From: Candidatus Cloacimonadales bacterium
Lineage (GTDB): Bacteria > Cloacimonadota > Cloacimonadia > Cloacimonadales > JAFGVF01
Length of the DNA stretch: 64,000 nucleotides
Direction of reading: 5' to 3'
Assembly (NCBI GenBank): GCA_963678315.1
Contig: OY782781.1
Span: 2,592,001-2,656,000 of the forward strand
Made by a program: the position numbers and the translations under genes. This document shows positions 51,101-59,300 of this stretch, piece by piece. The notes under the pieces were generated by a model. It was given only the letters and a program-made list of their open reading frames with translations, made no database searches and was not told the DNA's origin. How positions within the stretch are numbered: the first letter of the stretch is position 1; each line of letters begins with the position of its first letter.

Positions 51101-51850
51101 AGAATTAAAAGATTCAATTGGAATATCTTCTTTGTCGCCTATATCCTTTAATGACAAGAAAATAGTTACAGAATCTCGCAGTTCTCCCGTAGCAGAATTT
51201 AAAGTAAGCCAATCAGTAACTTTTGGATGGATAAATTTATCGCTACAAGAAGATAAATCATCATTCTTTGCTTTATTAACATCCTTTAAAATGTAATCAT
51301 CTGAAGTCTCGATTTCATAAAGGTCAGATATAGAAAAAGTTCTATCCAGAACCTCTCCTGTGAAATAGTAATCCAAATGATATTTTTGTGAGCCAACAAT
51401 ATGCACATTTAGTTTGCCCCACCCACTACTATGATGGAAATCTATCTCAACAGAATACTTTTCATAAATAGTCTTGTTCAATAAGATTAAGCTTGACTTC
51501 ATTGATTTAAGACATGATTCAATAATTGGAATAACATCCTCTTCCGACCCAGGAAATATAGCCTGCAATGAGTCTCCACCATATTTTACTAAATCACCAT
51601 TATAATGATCAATTATATTGTACATTAAATCAAAGTAACTATTTAAAATATCTATTATAATTTCTACTGAGTAATAACCATTTTTACTAGTAGTTTCAGT
51701 CAGTTTTGTGAAAGACTTCACATCAGTAAATATAACACCTGCATTAATTTCCTTAGTAATTGGTATGTCTATTTTATTCTTACAATCTCTGACTAAATTT
51801 GTTATTATCTTAGGTATTAATCCTCTTAGCTGTTGGATATCATCCTCCAT
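48122..51850 (-). CDS. Twin class III cyclase + STAND-type ATPase + TPR protein (soluble-AC-like)
   Basis: C1 has FTDVKSFT and KYGGDS; C2 has DKG and GNAVNIAARL; Walker A GESGSGKS, Walker B FVIDNYQWLD; multiple C-terminal TPRs with IGD repeats. Confidence 0.92.
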   Translation of the reverse strand: MEDDIQQLRGLIPKIITNLVRDCKNKIDIPITKEINAGVIFTDVKSFTKLTETTSKNGYYSVEIIIDILNSYFDLMYNIIDHYNGDLVKYGGDSLQAIFPGSEEDVIPIIESCLKSMKSSLILLNKTIYEKYSVEIDFHHSSGWGKLNVHIVGSQKYHLDYYFTGEVLDRTFSISDLYEIETSDDYILKDVNKAKNDDLSSCSDKFIHPKVTDWLTLNSATGELRDSVTIFLSLKDIGDKEDIPIESFNSYYKQVQDIVYYYDGLINKIDYSDKGYVVLISFGLPNTHQDDIQRAFVCSKRIVELPSMFIKSKIGLTYNKVFAGILGAKNRFEYGIIGNAVNIAARLMNESEYGKVTFSKEILEHLVGRFETELLKRVKVKGIAEDISIFHITKEISDTWDIFNKRYANVELLGYDDITSLFKPMINIVYGESGSGKSLLTHTYLKHNYVSNDVFLFSLSEHDGLRPLNLVYQLFNIKLNITNIINDRLIIKDFIDQNDLHVSYQLIEDYLLKRDDKINLGLIIDIFSEMFLFLLKDYKVFVIDNYQWLDQFSKLLCSVVVSKLSNLGIKIILTSRDKSDVKDLDKCNPALFRTKKFTENITRSLAKSLEIKISNQAISNLLDLTDRNPAYTVDTLRIIKSNWDNNRAIFNLADLNQLIQKNIIPKSYENLLLNQFEKLSQESKSILKYASIIGVSFSNSMIKKLTDKQINIHIEDVLIKLSADKYILEKKMLPEVEYLFNNKTMREAIYRTILHKEKKSMHVKIAEFYINNFSDNQYEYYEIIANHYILADIKAEIAFWCKLAAEKNYSISAFVDSSYYYKIAIDNTLDKSIKNSLRLEYLELLLIRGDVSEIKEILKVLRFDKLRDFQQDRYLQNILRFYELKKDFKRFSSVYAKALKKIKSLEILNRIRLTALDFYRACSLDDEFIKTRDMLNSEEKSLSIVNKILLNSVQGQFYLDKANYENAKYYYSKLLDLAIAENKKLYIRIAYTSLGTISIRTGNPQLAIDYYSKAYKIAEEIGDKNGYSKVLTELAMIQFAEGQDQKAQENLEVCLKIARYIGDRQQEHTVLYNMGYIKNVINEPNQSCDFLNKAKLIAEEIGDRVGVTFCNDGLGDAFFMQGKIDKAKYIYEQNLKIQEELNDIEGIAHTIGNLANVYREKKDFEKAVEYYSRQQSSLNQIGDVIGEGKALFNWGITLEITKNIQAGIEKLSLANQLFLKAKDKNFTTITQQQLDRMKSKVQ

Positions 51851-51858
51851 TATCTTTA

Positions 51859-52257
51859 CTAAATTGTATTTTTTATCCTATTAACAAGGATTTTATTTAC
51901 TCCTAAAAAAAACTTGTTAGCGATAATACTGTTTTTTACTAATAAATTGCATAATTCAGAGTAATCAATTTTAACTATTTCACAATCCTCAATAGCTTTT
52001 ACAAAGGCTGATCTATGAATTGGAATCGTAAAATTCAATTCCCCTATAAGTGTTCCACTGTTTAATTCTGCAACTTTTATTAGCTTATTTTCATCACATA
52101 TTTCTACAATAGCTTTACCAGATTTAATAAGAAGCAAATTTCTATCTCTTTCGCCACTGCTTATTATATATTCGTCCTTATTGTAATTACTTATTGAAGA
52201 TATATTTAGAATTTGTTTAACCTCTGTATGATCAAAATTAAATACTTTTGGTAACAT
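51859..52257 (-). CDS. Stand-alone cyclic-nucleotide-binding domain protein
   Basis: IKSGKA.V, GELNF...RSAFVKAIEDC phosphate-binding cassette; no HTH. ATG 52257 overlaps the upstream TAA. Confidence 0.88.
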   Translation of the reverse strand: MLPKVFNFDHTEVKQILNISSISNYNKDEYIISSGERDRNLLLIKSGKAIVEICDENKLIKVAELNSGTLIGELNFTIPIHRSAFVKAIEDCEIVKIDYSELCNLLVKNSIIANKFFLGVNKILVNRIKNTI

Positions 52258-52676
52258 TAACATCCTCTTTTTTTGATTTCATTTATTCTAATTAATTTTT
52301 CAACCAAGGAATCATTCAGAGCAGCATTGATTTTACTATTCATTGAATTTGATTCTTCAAGTATTGATAAATTTAAGGAGATTCTTTCTAAATCAACACT
52401 TGTCTCAGAAAAGTATGATAAGAATGTTTCATTTTCAAAAACAGACTCTTCACCAAAAATTTCTCCTTCAGATAAAGTCATTACTTCTTTTTTATCTTCT
52501 TCAAGACTAATTGTTACAAGCCCTTTTTTGATGATATAAACTGAGTCTTTTAATATTTCAATCCTACAATTAGAATTTACTTCAATTCTTTCAATATTGA
52601 AATTTAAGTCTTCAATTTCTTCTTTACTTAAGTATTTAAATAAATCTACACTATTCTTGCGTACATAAATATTCAT
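52257..52676 (-). CDS. Stand-alone (degenerate) cyclic-nucleotide-binding domain protein
   Basis: LFKYLSKEEI, VYIIKKGLV, LSEGEIFGE; no Arg in the cassette. Confidence 0.8.
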   Translation of the reverse strand: MNIYVRKNSVDLFKYLSKEEIEDLNFNIERIEVNSNCRIEILKDSVYIIKKGLVTISLEEDKKEVMTLSEGEIFGEESVFENETFLSYFSETSVDLERISLNLSILEESNSMNSKINAALNDSLVEKLIRINEIKKRGC

Positions 52677-55600
52677 TAAAAATTCCTAATCTTCTTCAAT
52701 GTTATTAAGTTAAAAATAAGACAGAATACTATGATTACAGATTCTGCAAACTTCCTAGTAGAGTATTTATTATTGAAAACAATATAGTTTTTCGAAATGA
52801 AATGATTTTTTGAATCTTTCATAGACTTTACATGAGCAAAATCTACTAACATAGAATTGCTTTTATTAATATAATTATCATGAGGGTATAGTGACAAGAT
52901 TGCATTTTTCTGATCAGTCAGGTTACTTATTAAATCCAAATCACTTTGACCCTTTAGTTTATTATCAAGATCTTTTAGAACTCGAGATCGTTGATTATTG
53001 TTTACCGAATTTAAGGTGATATTTTCGAACAACCACTTAGTGGGTATTACTTCACAGAATTCAGGAACTTCTCTTTTAGAATTAATCTTTAAATTTTTAT
53101 TCATTGAACTAAATGGAATAATTGCTCCGCCAAAGATTATCATCGGAATTAAAGTCAAAGGTAGTACCATAAGTAAGCTCTTTCTCTCTTTTATTGTTGC
53201 TGAAGAAAATAAGCCAATACTAATACCACACAATCCTGAAAGATTCAATGTAGTAAAATATACCCAAAAATGACCCTTTATTTCCAGTATATAGGTTGTT
53301 ATAAATACATACAATAATGTTTGGATAATATTAAAAATCTCCAAAGTTGTTAGTTTTGCTACAAGATAGCTTAATGCAGATAGACCTACTTTTTTTTCTC
53401 TAACAATAATAAGCTTTTCCGGAAGTATTTCATATATAGATCCTGACAAGCCCAAAAAGATAAATATCAAGATTGATATAAAATTGAAATGAGGGATATT
53501 TCCATTATCCCAAAATGAGTAATTAGTCCCTGAACTATTCTTTAGCAGAACTGATGTGAATAGCCCTAATAGAAAAGGAACCACTGACAACATAATTATG
53601 TTTTGTATACTGGATAAACTATTATGTAGATCTCTAAAGAAGCAATACCAAAATTGAATTAACTTATCAACTAAGCTATGATTTTTATTTTTCTTTTCTT
53701 TAGAGAAAACATAAGAATCTTTGTTTTTATCCCCCTTAAATTGTTCCATCAAGACTTTAGATTCTCTCTTCTTTTTCCAATAGTTCCGAGGAAAAAGCCT
53801 TTCTGTATGCTTATCTTTTGAGCTATTTACAGTTTTATATTCTACAATATCAAAGAAATAATCTGGATTTTTTCTCTCTTTTTTTATTGTTAATTCTTTT
53901 TTATTTATAATTATTTGCTTTAATTCTTCATCAAAATAGTCAAATGCTTTTGATACATCACCAAAATAGACTACAACCCCTTGTTTATCTAAGAAAAGAA
54001 GTTTATCAAATTTACTAAACAATAATGAACTTGGTTGATGGATTGTAGTTAATATAATCTTTCCTGTAAACTTTAAATCACTTAGAATTGATAATAATTG
54101 TTCGGAATCTTTGGAAGATAAACCAGATGTTGGTTCATCAAGAATAAATATTGCAGGATCGAATAAAAGTTCAAGGGCAATATTTAATCTTTTTCTTTCC
54201 CCCCCACTTAGAACTTTCTTTTCTTCGTTACCAACAACTAGATTCTTTTTTTCTAGAAGACCCACCTTATTCAGTATAGAATCGATTTTATCAGCTAATA
54301 AAGGACCTTTCATTCTGCCAACAGACCTTATTTTTGCATAAAAAAACATATTTTGAAAGACTGTTAGATTATTAAATAGTAGATCACTTTGAGGAACATA
54401 TCCAATATTTTTAATTATATCTTTATATTTATCAATAAAGTCCATATCATCGACTTGGATATTCACTTCATCTGCAGATAATTCACCATTAAGTACTTTA
54501 AGTAAGGTAGTTTTTCCACTTCCACTTGGCCCCATTATTGCTGCTATTTCACCTTTATTCAATTTAAAAGAAACATCAGTTAAACCTAATATTTTATTAT
54601 TAAAATAATGTTTCACTTGCTTCACATTCAATGTTTCATACACTATCTCATGTTTTACTAGTTCTCCGCTTTTCAAAATTTTGTAGGATACATTCTTCCA
54701 AGTTAAGATATCTATACTGGAATTAATTTCTATCTGACCATTAACTTGTTTGTTGTTTACTAATATATTACTGTTATTTACGATTAAATTATATTTATCT
54801 CTATTTATTTCGAGTATAGCGATACTATTTTCATGTAAGACTTGTGAAGTTATTAATCCATTCATATACTCAACAATATGTAATTCATACTTTAAATTGC
54901 TTGATTGATCAGATTTATATAAATCAATTACAGGATTTTTATTTTTAGCCCCAATATAACCATCTAAATAAAGTTTTCGGATTCTCTTTATCTTATTCCT
55001 ACTTCTTCTTTTGTTAGGTAAGCATAATGTAAAATGGTTTTCCTCTTGAAATATTAGTTCATTTTCACTGTAACTAGATATAAGCTGAGAAGTATCAAGA
55101 ACTTTATTTTGAAACATTTTTGTTAAAAGACTCTTTGTCAAAATGATGTTATTAAGTTCAGGGAAAGCCCTATCTTCAACAAACTTTGCTATGATAATTT
55201 GAGTATTGTTGACCTTTGTAAGAGAAACAATATAATCTTCATATAATTTATGAAAGATTATTTTACAACTTTTAGAGCTTATATCGACATCTCCATTTTC
55301 ATTCGAAAACAAGAGACTACTATTGAAACTAATGTCAAAAACATCATCCCAGAAACCATTATGGTCTAAGATAAAACTTGCTTTCTTACCACAAAAGAAA
55401 TCAATTAAGTCATCAAATAAATTAACATTAATTCTAAGTAAATCTAACACTTTTATCATCTCAATAGAACCAATATTGTAGGTATGAATTTTATATCTAA
55501 CCACAAATTGAAACACTTTAAGCATCAATAGTATCTTATCTGCATTGTTTAAATGGTCGTTTAAAAAGTTTGCTGAATAGCGTGTAGGATATGGTTCTCT

Positions 55601-55777
55601 AGCAAGTTCAGAAATCACTTTAGGGTCGATTGAATTAATCTTTAAATCAACAATTATAGAACTTAAAAACTCAATCTTGTCTATATTATCATCGACATTA
55701 TTACCACTTAAAAAAAAGAGTGATATAATTGATTTTAGAATAGCTTTATCTATCTCCATTGAACCTTTCCAAAACAT
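52676..55777 (-). CDS. ABCG/White-like fused ABC transporter (NBD-TMD) with long N-terminal extension
   Basis: GPSGSGKTT, YVPQ, LSGGERKRL, LDEPTSGL, TIHQPS; C-terminal ABC2-type TM helices; ~380-aa N-terminal region. Confidence 0.92.
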   Translation of the reverse strand: MFWKGSMEIDKAILKSIISLFFLSGNNVDDNIDKIEFLSSIIVDLKINSIDPKVISELAREPYPTRYSANFLNDHLNNADKILLMLKVFQFVVRYKIHTYNIGSIEMIKVLDLLRINVNLFDDLIDFFCGKKASFILDHNGFWDDVFDISFNSSLLFSNENGDVDISSKSCKIIFHKLYEDYIVSLTKVNNTQIIIAKFVEDRAFPELNNIILTKSLLTKMFQNKVLDTSQLISSYSENELIFQEENHFTLCLPNKRRSRNKIKRIRKLYLDGYIGAKNKNPVIDLYKSDQSSNLKYELHIVEYMNGLITSQVLHENSIAILEINRDKYNLIVNNSNILVNNKQVNGQIEINSSIDILTWKNVSYKILKSGELVKHEIVYETLNVKQVKHYFNNKILGLTDVSFKLNKGEIAAIMGPSGSGKTTLLKVLNGELSADEVNIQVDDMDFIDKYKDIIKNIGYVPQSDLLFNNLTVFQNMFFYAKIRSVGRMKGPLLADKIDSILNKVGLLEKKNLVVGNEEKKVLSGGERKRLNIALELLFDPAIFILDEPTSGLSSKDSEQLLSILSDLKFTGKIILTTIHQPSSLLFSKFDKLLFLDKQGVVVYFGDVSKAFDYFDEELKQIIINKKELTIKKERKNPDYFFDIVEYKTVNSSKDKHTERLFPRNYWKKKRESKVLMEQFKGDKNKDSYVFSKEKKNKNHSLVDKLIQFWYCFFRDLHNSLSSIQNIIMLSVVPFLLGLFTSVLLKNSSGTNYSFWDNGNIPHFNFISILIFIFLGLSGSIYEILPEKLIIVREKKVGLSALSYLVAKLTTLEIFNIIQTLLYVFITTYILEIKGHFWVYFTTLNLSGLCGISIGLFSSATIKERKSLLMVLPLTLIPMIIFGGAIIPFSSMNKNLKINSKREVPEFCEVIPTKWLFENITLNSVNNNQRSRVLKDLDNKLKGQSDLDLISNLTDQKNAILSLYPHDNYINKSNSMLVDFAHVKSMKDSKNHFISKNYIVFNNKYSTRKFAESVIIVFCLIFNLITLKKIRNF

Positions 55778-55805
55778 TTCTTAACCTCAAGTTATTATTT
55801 AATCA

Positions 55806-55834
55806 AGAATAGTGAATCAAATGTGTCTAGTCAA
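55806..55834 (-). promoter_or_regulatory. Putative promoter of the ABC-cNMP-cyclase operon
   Basis: TTGACT-17 nt-TATTCT; GAGG SD before ATG 55777. Confidence 0.55.
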
Positions 55835-56302
55835 GAAATAATATTACGGTGCACTAATTTAGCGTGGTGCAGAAATTTCTGGATACTTTAGCAGTCTTCT
55901 ATACTAAAGGATATTAGGAAAATAGTACTTATTACAAGTTTTTCTTCTTTCAACTGTATAAAAAGTCTATCGTCACAATTATAGTAACATCTGGAGGGTG
56001 TTTTTTAAGTCTAGTTTTTGATTCATTTTTGACTTATTTTACTCCTTCAGTCTTTTCTTACCTTTTAACCCATTTGATGCTAAATATTTAGTAAAATCTT
56101 TCTATATATCAATTATAAAGCATGATCTCGGATCATGATATATTCCTACTTTCTCATTATTTGCTAAGGACTTGCTTACTTTAGCCTTTAAGAAATCGCA
56201 ACTTTTCTTATAGGTTATAGTAAGTGACACATAGTAATCCCTTGGGCCTATTGTCAAAACTCCACTTATAGCCCAACATCCTAGGTAACATTCTAAACAA
56301 GC

Positions 56303-56334
56303 AAAAAGAGAGTGAAATAAACTTCACTCTCTTT
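56303..56334 (-). terminator. Terminator after the giant surface-protein gene
   Basis: AAAGAGAGTGAA-6 nt-TTCACTCTCTTT stem ending in a T-tract on the minus strand. Confidence 0.8.
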
Positions 56335-56352
56335 AGATTATTTTCCTGTAAG

Positions 56353-59300
56353 CTATTTTAACTTTTTCTTTACTACTAATCCATTCCTGGTCATGTACCT
56401 ATGAGTTCGGATAAACTCATCTAGAGACTCTCTTGCTCCAGAAGAGAAGGCAATAACAAAGTAGAATCTAGTTTTATCAACATCAAGTGGATTTGAATCA
56501 ATCCAATTGGTAGTTAAAACATTTGCTTTATATTCATAGATTCCTGATGGATCATCACAACAGTAGACAAGATAGTTAGGATTAACTACACTGTCTCCAT
56601 TTATATCTTCACTAACTGGATCCCATGATATTGAAGGATTTCCATTTTCAAATGATATTTGCATATTATTTGGAGCTTCTAGAGGTATAGATTGGTTAAC
56701 AGTGAAACCTTCTCTAAAGAGCACATCGGTAATTAGACCTGTTTCCATAGTTAGTGTAACAGTATAAATACCAACATTATTATATGTGTGATAAGGATTT
56801 CTTTCATGACTGATAGTGCCATCTCCAAAGTCCCATGTTACAGAAGTTTCTTGTAAATCATGACCTTCTGATAAGTTTGTAAATCCAATACTCTCACCAA
56901 CTGTGGTGAACCTTCTATCAGAATTATATTCTGCTAAGTGATGATAATAATTCATACCAATATCAGCGATGGAATCATCATTATCATATGGATTATTTGG
57001 ATTACCCGCATCTATACAAGGAGAATAAACAGTTAACATATAACTATCAGGAATACTAGTATCAAACATTGGATCTGAGTTGATATTTCCTAAACCTTGA
57101 GCAATACCTGATTCCATTGAGATATCATTATATTCAAATGAAGTACTAAGGTTAGTTCCTGAACTTAGGTTATTGTTAGATAACGAAGAGTTCCAGATAA
57201 TGTTCTGACTTAGATTAATAACTGAATCTTCACCATAAACAATATTATTATAACCAAGAATATTGTTATTCATTATATCGATACCACTTATTGCTGTAGT
57301 ATTAAAACATGGTCCATTCATGTTACTTGTATTTTCTATATGGTTATTATGTATTGATGGAGTACATCCTGAAGCAGAAAGAGAGAATGCTGTATAGTTT
57401 CCTATAATTGAGTTATTATAAATATCTGATGTATTAACTGAGTTAACCATTAGACCAGTATTAAATCCTTCAATTGTACAATCTCTAACTAGGGCGTTTA
57501 CTCCTTCTGTTAGATATATACCTGTACCAGTATTTTCTCTTGTATTTGTTGTATGCCTAACTCTTACGTTAGTTAGAACTGGAGCTATTTCTTCATCTGA
57601 ATAGATTTCTATACCGTTTGTTACATCTACAATATCACTATTCTCAATATATAATTTCATTTTTCCATGTAACTCTATACCTACGAAGTTTGACGGGTAA
57701 TCACCTGTTGTTAAAGAGATGTTTGCTTTTCTTAAATAAGATATATACACATCACTAGAGTTAGTGTTTTCATAATAAATACCTTTTTCGCAGTCTTTAA
57801 CATTTAAAGTATCAATAGTCGCTTTGATTTTACCAATCATTTTGACACCATAACTACCATATTGTCTTGTATTAGTAGTATGTCTTACTCTAACATTAGT
57901 TAATACTGGTGCTATTTCTTCATCTGAATAAATGTTTATACCATCATTCATATTAACAACTTCAAGATTACTAACTTCTAAATCCATTTTACCAATAAAC
58001 TTAAATCCTGCTGACTCTTCAAAAACAAGATTGTGATCTTTCTCAATCACCACATTTTTGAAATGTTGTAAAGGTTTAATATTACCTTCACTATTGTCAC
58101 AGAATATACCATATTTATAGTTTTCAACGTGTAGAGAATCAACTATAACCTTTTGGTTTGGACTAAGTTTAACAGCAGTGTTTCCAAGCTCTCTTGTATT
58201 AGTTGTGTGGCGAATTCTTACATTTGTTAAAACAGGAACAACATCATCTTCTGTGCCAAGAATTATTGGATCAGCATAATCATCAACATACAGTCCTGTA
58301 AAATGAGGAGCACTTCTACCTAAGATTTTAACAGCATAGCTGTCTAATGGTCGAGTATTAGTAGTATGACGAACTCTTACATTTGTTAATACTGGTGCTG
58401 AATCTACATCACCTTTTATAATAATTCCTTGATCAAAACCTTCTACCAATAAATCTGAAATATTGATATTAGATTTCTCTAACTTGACAGCAAAAGATTC
58501 TACAGGTCGGGTATTAGTAGTATGACGAACTCTTACATTTGTCATAATAGGAATTTCATCAGATGAGTCACCTCTAATATCCATTGCACTTCCGTAACCA
58601 CTTATATCTATATCATCAATAACAGCTTGAGAATTACCGTAAAGCTTAATTGCAGGTAATAACGAGCCAGATCCTTCAATAGTTATATGTTCTAAGGTTG
58701 GAGAAGAATTTGTTATCTCAAATACTTTTTCTGCATTTTTTATAGTACAATTTGATAAATGAGATTGAGTATCTGAAGAGAGGAATTTAAATCCTTGCCA
58801 TTTTGTAACTTCTCTACTTTCATCATATACATCAAATGTTACACCATCTGCTACCAAAGAACCACTAACTAAGAAATTAGTATCTTCTAAGAAGTTAATC
58901 ACAACTCCAGATTCTATTTCTAGATTATTGGTTATTGAGACCTCTCCGTAAACATTGTAAGGAGAGTTTATTAGTTCCCAAGAACCTGCATATTCAGCTC
59001 CAGGAATACCTGTTCCTTCAACACTAATATAATCATCAATTGTTTCAAAGCCACTATCAACTACGACATCGTTTTCATCAATATATTTAACAGTTAAAGA
59101 TACTGAATAAACACCACTGAAATTATAAATATAAGTAGGATGTTGTTCATAACTATCAATAAAACCATCATTTTCAAAATCCCATTCCCAATAATTATGA
59201 TTACCTACAGTTAGATCAGTAAATTGTATTTCTTGACCACCAAGAATATCTATTAAATCAGCTTCAAATTGGACATTATAGCTATCTATAACTTGGATAT

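Noticed and set aside
46124..52676. Pycsar/CBASS antiphage system
   Set aside because: The Sia-linked cyclase has the adenine-specifying Lys/Thr pair, the cNMP proteins lack TM/TIR effector domains, and no CD-NTase is present.
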